From assembly GCA_040219255.1 (NCBI GenBank), contig JAVJSW010000068.1, positions 1-64,000 of the forward strand: a stretch of 64,000 nt of DNA, read 5' to 3'. This document shows, piece after piece, positions 8,682 through 16,773 of this stretch. This DNA comes from Sumerlaeia bacterium (lineage in GTDB: Bacteria > Sumerlaeota > Sumerlaeia > SLMS01 > JAHLLQ01). Position numbers and translations under genes: made by a program. The notes beneath the pieces are model-generated. The model saw only the letters and a list, made by a program, of their open reading frames with translations. It ran no database searches and had not been told where the DNA came from. The first letter of the stretch is position 1. Each line of letters opens with the position of its first letter.

Positions 8682-9734
8682 GTGAACGCATTCCGCCCAA
8701 CAGTCATCCTTTCCAGCGCCCTCGCGGGGGCGCTGGCCCTCGGCGCCTGCGGCGGCACCGAACCGGCCCGCCAGACTCAGGCCCCCGTCTTCGCCGCTGC
8801 CGAATCGGAAACCACCTCCACAGAACCAGCGCCCGCCGCGCTCGCTCCCGACGCCACCGATCAACTCCTGGCTCGCTTCGGTCTCAAGGCCACGCCCACG
8901 CCAGCACCCACCCCCGCCCCACCGGTTCTCCGGGGCAAAGCCTTCTTCAAATTGCCGCGCTCGGTGGACCCTTTGGCCGGGCTGGCCATCGAAGTCTACA
9001 AACCCGGCTTCCGCGAAGCGCTCGATCAGCAGGCCCTGGCCGCCGAGCAGATCGAGGAGGAGCTGGATCAGATCGCCCGCAACGGCGAGATCCTCGAACG
9101 CGCCGGGAAAAACCACCGCGTGACCCTGGAGTGGGAGGAACGGGCCCATAACCTCAAGACCCTCAAGTTCGACTTCGACCGCGCCGGATATCGCGATTAT
9201 CGCCTGACGAACCCCTTCGACCCGGACGAGGTGCATCTGCTCGACTGGCATCGCGACCGCCGCTTCGCCATGATGATCTTCGACCGCTACATTTCCCAAT
9301 GCGAGGGCTTCGCCGAAAACGCCGCCCTGCGCCGCGATACGGCGCTGGATGGACTGAACCTGGAACTCTCCGGCGTTCCCGCGTTCCGGCGCCGGGCCAC
9401 CGAGCGGCGCGCGGAGCTGCAATCGCGCCGCGCCCCCTTCCACGAACGCTGGCTCCGCGCATCACAGAAAAGTCACCACTTACGCACGATCCTCACCGAC
9501 GACAAGGGCAACTTCGAATGGCTCGGCAACCCGCCCGGCACGGTGGAAATCATCGCCCACTACCACGACGAACCGACAGGCACCGACGTTTATTGGTTGT
9601 TACCGATAAATTTATCGACTTCACGAGAAGAACAGCTTGTGCTCTCTCAGAGCAATGCGTTATCAATATCACTCTCGGGCGCATCTGATCCCCCCTTTGT
9701 CCTTTCAATGGCGGGCTCCGCAACGGATTCGTAA
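8682..9734 (+). CDS. Hypothetical lipoprotein
   Basis: Probable GTG start; lipobox LGAC after a hydrophobic stretch; Pro/Thr linker; no recognised domain. Confidence 0.7.
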   Translation: MNAFRPTVILSSALAGALALGACGGTEPARQTQAPVFAAAESETTSTEPAPAALAPDATDQLLARFGLKATPTPAPTPAPPVLRGKAFFKLPRSVDPLAGLAIEVYKPGFREALDQQALAAEQIEEELDQIARNGEILERAGKNHRVTLEWEERAHNLKTLKFDFDRAGYRDYRLTNPFDPDEVHLLDWHRDRRFAMMIFDRYISQCEGFAENAALRRDTALDGLNLELSGVPAFRRRATERRAELQSRRAPFHERWLRASQKSHHLRTILTDDKGNFEWLGNPPGTVEIIAHYHDEPTGTDVYWLLPINLSTSREEQLVLSQSNALSISLSGASDPPFVLSMAGSATDS

Positions 9735-9755
9735 ACCAGTCCATGAGGGTGTCGG

Positions 9756-10289
9756 ATGACTTCTCCCATCGAAATACGCCACGAGCGCAGCCGCGTCGGC
9801 AAAGGCCGCAGCGCGCTCAATACGTTCACGGCACATATCCTGGAGCACTGCCTCCAGCAAACCGGCCAGGCCGGCGCTCACCTCAGCATCATGTACTGCG
9901 GCGATGAAGCCATCCGCCGCCTCAACCACCGGTTCCGGGGCATCGACAAAGCCACCGATGTGCTCAGCTTCCCCTCCTACGAACCCGACGAATCCCAGGG
10001 CGGCTCCCACTCCTACGATTTCGGCGAGGACGAAACGCCCCACTTCGGCGATCTCGCCATTTCCCTGCCGACGGTCTTTCGCGAAGCCGCCGAGCAAGGC
10101 AAAGACCCCGTCGATCACATCGCCCTCATGCTGATCCACGGCTACCTCCACCTGCTCGGCTACGACCACGACACGCCCGACCGCGAGGCCCGCATGTGGG
10201 CCGAAACCGATCGCCTCCTGACCGTCCTCGACTCCATCGACAAGCCCCTGGTCCTCCTCGACGACTGGGAAGGCGCCGCCGCCTCCTGA
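9756..10289 (+). CDS. ybeY: rRNA maturation endoribonuclease YbeY
   Basis: LN..FRG.DKATDVLSFP and HGYLHLLGYDH. Confidence 0.97.
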   Translation: MTSPIEIRHERSRVGKGRSALNTFTAHILEHCLQQTGQAGAHLSIMYCGDEAIRRLNHRFRGIDKATDVLSFPSYEPDESQGGSHSYDFGEDETPHFGDLAISLPTVFREAAEQGKDPVDHIALMLIHGYLHLLGYDHDTPDREARMWAETDRLLTVLDSIDKPLVLLDDWEGAAAS

Positions 10290-10294
10290 CCTGC

Positions 10295-10344
10295 GCCCTG
10301 ATCCTTCAAGAAAATTCACCGCGGAGACAGATCGGCACGGAGAC
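10295..10344 (+). repeat. Dispersed repeat, type B end
   Basis: GCCCTGATCCTTCAAGAAAATTCACCGCGGAGAC closely matches GCCCTAATCCTTCAAGAAATCACCGCTGAGAC at 22990. Confidence 0.75.
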
Positions 10345-10435
10345 TTTTCGTGCGAGAGGCTGGCGATCGTCGCATGTTCCAAATCACAAGTCATCGAATA
10401 GGATGATAGATTCAGTCCCCCGGCCGATTCCTTTC

Positions 10436-10474
10436 CTCTCTGTGTAACCTCTCTCCTCTGAGTCCTCTGTGGTT
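10436..10474 (-). repeat. Dispersed ~38-bp repeat, type A, copy 1
   Basis: Reverse complement is AACCACAGAGGACTCAGAGGAGAGAGGTTACACAGAGAG; four more copies in the window. Confidence 0.88.
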
Positions 10475-10585
10475 ATGCACGAGCGACCCTTCGCTTTCCT
10501 CCAAGCCCACGCTTGCTTCCTCCCCGCCCCGCTCGCCATGGTGGGCGAACCTATCCCCTTGTCCATGCAGGAGCGCCCCCCACCC

Positions 10586-11677
10586 ATGACTGACCTGACC
10601 TACACGCCCCCGAAAACCATCGAATGGACCGGTGACGTCTGCCGTTTGCTGGACCAGACGAAATTGCCGGGCGAAGAAACCTACCTGGACATCGCCGACG
10701 AAACCGCGATGTGGGGCGCCATCAAGCGTCTCTCCGTCCGCGGCGCCCCCGCCATCGGCGTCGCCGCCGCCTATGGGCTCTACCTCGGCGCGCGCAACCG
10801 CCAGCCCCAGACCCGCCAGGACGCCATCGCCGCCACACGCGAAGTGGCTGATTACCTGGCCACCAGCCGCCCCACCGCCGTGAACCTGTTCTGGGCCCTG
10901 GACCAATGCCGCAAGGTGGCCGAGGAACGCCCCGCCGAAGCCTCCGCCAGCGACGTCCTCGACGCCCTTCTCAAAGCCGCCAAAGCCATCCACGCCGACG
11001 ACCGCGAACGCTGCGCCGCCATCGCCCGCCATGGCGCCCCGCTGCTCTCGGGCAAGGCCGGCGTGCTGACCCACTGCAACGCCGGCGCCCTGGCCACCGC
11101 GGGCGTCGGCACGGCCCTCGGCGTCATCATCGAGGGAGCCCTGCGCGAAAACGCCGCCATGACCGTCTATGTGGACGAAACACGGCCTCTGCTCCAGGGC
11201 GCCCGCCTGACCGCCTGGGAGCTGAAGAATGCCGGGGTCGCCCATCGCCTCATCGCCGACAACATGGCCGCCACGGCCATGCAGCGCGGGCTCGTCCAAG
11301 CCGTCGTCACCGGCGCCGACCGCATCGCGTCCAACGGCGACAGCGCCAACAAGATAGGCACCATGCCCCTGGCCATCGTGGCCAGGCATTTCAACGTGCC
11401 TTTCTACATCGCCGCCCCCCTCTCCACCGTCGATCTGAGCCTGGGCACGGGCGCCGACATTCCCATCGAAGAACGGGACGGCGAAGAGATTACCTCCATC
11501 CGGGGGCAACAAGTTGCGCCGCTCGGTACATCCACGTTCAATCCTGCATTCGATGTCGTTCCCGCCAGTTTAATCGAAGCCATCGTCACCGAAGTCGGAA
11601 TCGTGCGTAAACCGTTCAGTATCAATCTCCGAAAGGCTTTTGAGGTCGACTTCCGGGGTGGCGAAACCTTGGCGTAA
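10586..11677 (+). CDS. mtnA: Methylthioribose-1-phosphate isomerase
   Basis: LLDQTKLP, VRGAPAIG, RPTAVNL, THCNAGALAT, ETRPLLQGARLT, GADRI, NKIGT. Confidence 0.97.
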   Translation: MTDLTYTPPKTIEWTGDVCRLLDQTKLPGEETYLDIADETAMWGAIKRLSVRGAPAIGVAAAYGLYLGARNRQPQTRQDAIAATREVADYLATSRPTAVNLFWALDQCRKVAEERPAEASASDVLDALLKAAKAIHADDRERCAAIARHGAPLLSGKAGVLTHCNAGALATAGVGTALGVIIEGALRENAAMTVYVDETRPLLQGARLTAWELKNAGVAHRLIADNMAATAMQRGLVQAVVTGADRIASNGDSANKIGTMPLAIVARHFNVPFYIAAPLSTVDLSLGTGADIPIEERDGEEITSIRGQQVAPLGTSTFNPAFDVVPASLIEAIVTEVGIVRKPFSINLRKAFEVDFRGGETLA

Positions 11678-11765
11678 ATGCCGCTGTTTAGGGGGCTTGA
11701 CCGTTCCAAATTGAGACGCCATTTTGTCCTTGGCGCGGGGGGTCTCGGTCCCTAACGTCCTCCTC

Positions 11766-12122
11766 ATGCCACGCCGAGATGGACGCCCCGACAACACACC
11801 ACGCGTCCGCCGCCCTCCAGGGCTTTTTGGAACCCTGTGGCGATTGGGAATCGTTGGTGGCATTCTCTTTGTCCTCGCCGGACTCATTGCCTACGGGCTG
11901 ATTTGGAAGTTCGTGAAAACCCCGGAAGTCGAAGCTCCCGACCTGCTGGCACTGCCCGCGGGTGAGGCTCTCCTTCGCGCTTCCGAAACCGGTTTCGCCC
12001 TCCGCGTCAGCGCGTACGAGCCGAGCGAACAGTTCGAGCCTGGAACCGTGCTGGCACAACGCCCGCCACCAGGCGCCTGGGCAAAGAGTGGGGCGATCAT
12101 CTCGCTGACGGTTTCGGAATAG
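11766..12122 (+). CDS. Single-PASTA-domain membrane protein
   Basis: One TM helix, then VEAPDL...GTVLAQRPPPG...ISLTVS PASTA pattern. Confidence 0.8.
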   Translation: MPRRDGRPDNTPRVRRPPGLFGTLWRLGIVGGILFVLAGLIAYGLIWKFVKTPEVEAPDLLALPAGEALLRASETGFALRVSAYEPSEQFEPGTVLAQRPPPGAWAKSGAIISLTVSE

Positions 12123-12235
12123 CGCGGACCCGCAACGGTCCGCCTCCGGACCGCTCGAGCAGCATCGGGGCTCGCCGCTCTCCCCTCCCAAGGGGAGACG
12201 CCGGCGAGCCCTCTTCTTTTTCCCGAGCAGGCGAA

Positions 12236-12275
12236 CCCTCTGTATAACCCCCGTCCTCTGAGTCCTCTGTGGTTA
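12236..12275 (-). repeat. Dispersed repeat, type A, copy 2
   Basis: Reverse complement is TAACCACAGAGGACTCAGAGGACGGGGGTTATACAGAGGG. Confidence 0.88.
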
Positions 12276-12457
12276 AATGCCAAGAAACCCGGCTCCCCCC
12301 GCCATCTCCCCTTGCCCGCCGCCGCCAAGGAAGCGAAGAAAAAGCGCCACCCCCTCATTTTTCCCTCGACACAGCCCCTCTCTTTTGTTTCGCTTTTGCT
12401 TCGTTGGACCGGAAACGAGCGAGTGCCTCGCAGGCTGGCGCGGGCGGCTTTATTTTG

Positions 12458-12469
12458 GAACACACGTTT
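12458..12469 (+). promoter_or_regulatory. Candidate LexA (SOS) box GAAC-N4-GTTT
   Basis: GAACACACGTTT lies 22 bp upstream of the recA ATG and matches GAAC-N4-GTTY. Confidence 0.45.
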
Positions 12470-12491
12470 TTGACGAATAGGACTTGGCATC

Positions 12492-13592
12492 ATGGCAAAG
12501 GCAACGAAATCCGCCCCGGCGGCAATGAGCGCTTCAGACCGGGAAAAGGCGTTGGAGGCGGCTCTCGCCCAGGTTCGCAAGAACCATGGCGACGGCCTGA
12601 TCCGCCGCTTTAACGACGAGGACACAACGGTGACGGCGGTGATTCCCACCGGCTGCGTCTCGCTCGACCGCGCGCTCGGCACCGGCGGCCTGCCCCGCGG
12701 GCGCATCGTCGAAATCTACGGACCCGAATCGTCGGGCAAGACCACCGTCGCCCTCCACTGCGTCGCCCAGGCCCAGGCCATGGGCGGCGTCGCGGCCTTT
12801 ATCGACGTCGAGCACGCCATCGACCCCAAATACACCCAGGCCCTCGGCGTGAACCTGGACGAACTCCTGATCAGCCAGCCCGACTACGGCGAGCAGGCCC
12901 TCGACATCGTCGAGACGCTGGTGAAGAGCAACTCGGTCGACATCATCGTCCTCGACTCGGTGGCGGCGCTGGTGCCGCGGGCCGAACTCGAAGGCGAAAT
13001 GGGCGACAGCCACGTCGGCGTCCACGCCCGCCTCATGAGCCAGGCGCTGCGCAAACTGACCGGCGCCATCAGCCACGCCAAAACCACCGTGATCTTCATC
13101 AACCAGATCCGCGAAAAAATCGGCGTGATGTTCGGATCCCCGGAAACCACCACCGGCGGACGCGCGCTCAAATTCTACTGCTCCGTCCGTATCGACGTGC
13201 GCCGCATCGGCGCCATCAAGGACGCCGGCGACAACGTAGGCAACCGGGTCAAGTGCCGCATCGTGAAGAACAAGTGCGCCGCGCCCTTCCGCGAGGCGGA
13301 ATTCGACATCATGTTCGGCCAGGGCATCAGCCGCGAAGGCGACCTGGTGGACATGGGCCTGGAAATGAAAATCGTCGATCGCTCCGGCGCCTGGTTCTCC
13401 TACAAGGGCGAACGCCTCGGCCAGGGGCGCGAGAACGCGAAGACCTTCCTGCGCGAGAACCCGGACATCCGCGCCCGCATCGAAGCGGAAGTCCGCGAAT
13501 CGATCGGCATCGCTCCCGTCAAGGGCGGCGATCCCGACGAAGCGGTGACGGACGACGACGACGCGGGTTCGAGCGGCAACGGGCGAAAGTAA
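12492..13592 (+). CDS. recA: Recombinase RecA
   Basis: GPESSGKTT Walker [31 protein letters not shown]. Confidence 0.99.
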   Translation: MAKATKSAPAAMSASDREKALEAALAQVRKNHGDGLIRRFNDEDTTVTAVIPTGCVSLDRALGTGGLPRGRIVEIYGPESSGKTTVALHCVAQAQAMGGVAAFIDVEHAIDPKYTQALGVNLDELLISQPDYGEQALDIVETLVKSNSVDIIVLDSVAALVPRAELEGEMGDSHVGVHARLMSQALRKLTGAISHAKTTVIFINQIREKIGVMFGSPETTTGGRALKFYCSVRIDVRRIGAIKDAGDNVGNRVKCRIVKNKCAAPFREAEFDIMFGQGISREGDLVDMGLEMKIVDRSGAWFSYKGERLGQGRENAKTFLRENPDIRARIEAEVRESIGIAPVKGGDPDEAVTDDDDAGSSGNGRK

Positions 13593-13781
13593 AGGGAAAT
13601 CCCTCGGCGGGACGGAAACGCGCTTCCTGGCGTTGCAAGGCGGCAACGCCCGGTGGCAGTATCGCCGGTCCGTCCGGATGCGAACCCGCCGGGAATGGCT
13701 CAGGGGCGCCCCTTGCGGACTGGCACCCATTTGGCACTCAGGCGGTGCCGCTCTGCTGACTATCCCGTTTTAGGACCTGCT

Positions 13782-15008
13782 TTGACCGCCGAACCGCACG
13801 TTTCCACCGACCAATCCCTGCCCCGGGCCCTCAATGGCGCGCCCCTGCCGCCCGAGGGCTCCACGATGCGCTTGTGCCGCATCGCCACGGAGGACAACCC
13901 CCTGACCCTGGAGGGTGGCTCGCGCATCGGCCCGGTGGATATCGCCTTCGAAACCTACGGGACGCTCAACGAGGAGGGCTCGAACGCGATCCTGGTCTTT
14001 CACGCGTTCAGCGGATCGCCCCACGCCGCCGGTTTCGACCCCGTCGGACCCGGCAACGGGCTCTGGACCGAGGAGAATCATCAGGGCTGGTGGGACGATT
14101 TCATCGGCCCAGGCAAAGCGCTCGACACGCGCCGTTACTGTGTCATCTGCATGAACTTCCTGGGCGGTTGCTACGGCTCGACGGGCCCGATGTCGCCCAA
14201 CCCGGAGGACCCGGACCGCAAGCCCTATGGCTGGAACTTCCCCTTCATGAGCATCGGCGACATCGTGGACAGCCAGGTGGCGGTGCTCGATCTCTTGGGC
14301 GTGAAGCAGTTGGCGGCGATCCTGGGCGGCAGCATGGGCGGGCTCTGCGTGCTGGATTTCGCGGCGCGCTATCCCGAGCGGGTGCGCTGCGTGATCCCCA
14401 TCGCCACCGGTTTCCGCGCCACGGTGCTGACGAAGACCTTCAATTTCGAGCAGATCCTGGCGATCGAGACGGACCCGAACTTCAAGAGCGGGAACTATTA
14501 CGACGGACCCCGTCCGGATTTCGGCCTGATGCTGGCCCGCATGATCCAGCACAAAACCTTCTTCTCCCTGCAAGTCATCGAGCGCCGCGCCAAAAATACC
14601 ATCGTCCAACCGGGCGATGTGCTCTCGTGCTATGAACTGCGCCATCAGGTGGAAAGCTACCTGCTGCATCAGGGCCGGAAATTCGTGAAGCGCTTCGACG
14701 CGAACAGCTACCTGCGGATCATCGCCGCCTGGCAGTCCTTCGATCTGCCAAAGGAAGTGGCCGGCGGCAACTCCGCCGAGACGCTGCGGCGCTGCAAGGG
14801 CCAGAAGTGGATCTTGTTCTCCATTGACTCGGACGTCTGTTTCTTCCCCGACGAGCAGGCGGAGATCGAGGCCGCCCTGAAAGCCAACGGCGTCGCCCAT
14901 CAGTACATCACGGTCCACAGCGATAAAGGCCACGATTCGTTCCTGCTGGAACCGCACCTCTACGCGCCACATATCAACTACGCCCTGTCCGACTTGATGG
15001 AGGGCTGA
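13782..15008 (+). CDS. metX: Homoserine O-acetyltransferase
   Basis: FETYGTLN, GWWDDFIGPGKALDT, GGSMGG nucleophile, RFDANSY, GHDSFLLE. Start codon uncertain (TTG 13782). Confidence 0.92.
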   Translation: MTAEPHVSTDQSLPRALNGAPLPPEGSTMRLCRIATEDNPLTLEGGSRIGPVDIAFETYGTLNEEGSNAILVFHAFSGSPHAAGFDPVGPGNGLWTEENHQGWWDDFIGPGKALDTRRYCVICMNFLGGCYGSTGPMSPNPEDPDRKPYGWNFPFMSIGDIVDSQVAVLDLLGVKQLAAILGGSMGGLCVLDFAARYPERVRCVIPIATGFRATVLTKTFNFEQILAIETDPNFKSGNYYDGPRPDFGLMLARMIQHKTFFSLQVIERRAKNTIVQPGDVLSCYELRHQVESYLLHQGRKFVKRFDANSYLRIIAAWQSFDLPKEVAGGNSAETLRRCKGQKWILFSIDSDVCFFPDEQAEIEAALKANGVAHQYITVHSDKGHDSFLLEPHLYAPHINYALSDLMEG

Positions 15009-15126
15009 GGGCCGAATCGCGGCACATTCCAGAGCTTGATTCTCTGCCCCTGGCCTTCTCAGGGTGAATAACCATCACGGCCAAGGCGTAGGGCCGTGAC
15101 ACCTGTGACCGACTGCGGGGGGGCCA

Positions 15127-15762
15127 ATGGGCGATCGAACTTTTTTGCCAGCCGTACCCCGTTTCGCCATCGGAGCCTTCGCCCTGATGGCGCTGGTGAT
15201 GGGCATTCAGATGGCCTGCCACAAACCCCCGCTGCGCGAGGCGGGCCCGTTCCCCGAGCCGGTGCAGCGCGACTTGGCGGAATCGGTGGAGCTGCCGGCG
15301 CCGCCGGGCTACGCCATCACGGGTCTCGCCGAGTACACGGTCGAGGCCCTGATCGTCAGCCGGTCTCGTTATCGGCACGACCGCGAGGCGGAGCTGGCGC
15401 CGGTGGATTTGCTGCTGGCGTGGGGGCCCCTGACGCGCGAGCCGAACCTGACTGGCATCCGGTGGAGCCAGGGCGGGCGATGGGGTCAGTTCCGCTATGA
15501 GTACGGCACGTTGACCGTGGACCAGCGCGAGATCGAGCAGTGCAGCGCCAACACGCACATCATTCCGGCCTGGGGCGACGAGGCCCTGCGCGGCGAATTG
15601 CTGTCGCTGCGGCGGGGCGACGCGGTGCGGCTCGAGGGGTATCTGGTGCGGGTGCGGGCGACGGACGGCAACTGGCAGTGGAATTCGTCGCGGCGGCGCA
15701 CCGACACGGGGTCCGGGGCTTGCGAAGTCTTTTACGTGACGGGCTGGACCTACCTGAACTGA
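15127..15762 (+). CDS. Conserved hypothetical exported/lipoprotein
   Basis: Hydrophobic leader ending MAC; APVDLLLAWG, SANTHIIPA and RTDTGSGACEV look like a conserved hypothetical family. Confidence 0.75.
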   Translation: MGDRTFLPAVPRFAIGAFALMALVMGIQMACHKPPLREAGPFPEPVQRDLAESVELPAPPGYAITGLAEYTVEALIVSRSRYRHDREAELAPVDLLLAWGPLTREPNLTGIRWSQGGRWGQFRYEYGTLTVDQREIEQCSANTHIIPAWGDEALRGELLSLRRGDAVRLEGYLVRVRATDGNWQWNSSRRRTDTGSGACEVFYVTGWTYLN

Positions 15763-15810
15763 TCGCGGCGCAGCGACAAAGCCCCGAAGACCCGTCCCAC
15801 AGGAAAGCCC

Positions 15811-15945
15811 ATGCTCTTCGACTCCAGCTTCATCGGCTCAGCGCTTGGCGGCCTCGCCTGCTTCGGGGTGATCGTGTTTTGTGTGCTGGCGGTTTGGGGT
15901 TGGGACCGGGCCCGGGGGAGGGAAGGACACGACGAAAATGAGTAG
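15811..15945 (+). CDS. Small single-TM protein (44 aa), not in ORF track
   Basis: AGGAAAG RBS, then MLFDSSFIGSALGGLACFGVIVFCVLAVWGWDRARGREGHDENE*. Confidence 0.55.
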   Translation: MLFDSSFIGSALGGLACFGVIVFCVLAVWGWDRARGREGHDENE

Positions 15946-16015
15946 CTGCGGAGGGCGCGGTCGCCAGAAGTAACGAAACAAGAAGCCCCGCCAGAGAACC
16001 GGCGGGGCGAAGACA

Positions 16016-16456
16016 TCAGACTTTCTGTTTGGCGGTCCGGGGCCTGCGGGTTTCGGGCTTCTTGCGATTGTGGGCGAGGGCGGCGTTGAGTTCGCGGATG
16101 CGTTCGTCGCGTTCGGCGATGGCTTCGCTCATTTCGCGAAGGCGGCTTTCCAGGAGGCGATGGGGGGGATTTTCCGCGGAGGCGGGGTGAGTCGATTCGA
16201 GCGGCTGGCGCTCGGTCATGCGCATCGCCGCCGCCGCCAAGCCAAAGAGGGCGCGGAGTTCATCGTCGGAGGCGTCGAGAAAGCGGCCCAGGTAGAAGGC
16301 CATGTCGGGCGTCGTGGCGAGGGCGATGAAACGGTCCTCGGCGCGGCGCAGGTCGAGAGGGTTCTTCGGCGAGGGGTCTTGTGAGGCGGGCGCTTTTTCC
16401 TGTTCATTGTGGAACGGTTGGCGGCAGAGAGAGAACGTTGAGGCGGCGGATTTCAC
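16016..16456 (-). CDS. Hypothetical protein with C-terminal coiled coil
   Basis: 146-aa ORF; LREMSEAIAERDERIRELNAAL heptads and a basic tail. Start uncertain. Confidence 0.55.
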   Translation of the reverse strand: MKSAASTFSLCRQPFHNEQEKAPASQDPSPKNPLDLRRAEDRFIALATTPDMAFYLGRFLDASDDELRALFGLAAAAMRMTERQPLESTHPASAENPPHRLLESRLREMSEAIAERDERIRELNAALAHNRKKPETRRPRTAKQKV

Positions 16457-16773
16457 GGGTCAAGTAACCTCCGGGACAGGGTAGGGCAGAGTATATATTG
16501 GGTCGGAGAGCTGGAATTTCTAAGGTTAGCGGTAGCTGTTGGGAGCATCCCCGGGTGCCCAACTCTCGCGTCGGCACGGACGGAACCTCTTATAAAGCCT
16601 TTTCCTATGCAACCGGATTCCGTGTCACGATTTTCTTTTTGGTGTCATTAGGTAAACTATCGTTGACTAATAGCGCTTTCGCCCGCTATCCGATTTTTCC
16701 GCAACCCAGCCTCGACACGGCTTGGCTGTGACGGCCATAGTCCGCCGCCTTATGATGCTCGAATGCGAGAGGA

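Noticed and set aside
13600-13780. Canonical SAM-I riboswitch upstream of metX
   Set aside because: The ATC..GAG..GGCAACC..GGTGC core consensus is not found.
15735-15762. C-terminus VTGWTYLN as another sorting-motif instance
   Set aside because: It directly continues the conserved GACEVFY strand of the domain with no linker, so the resemblance may be chance.
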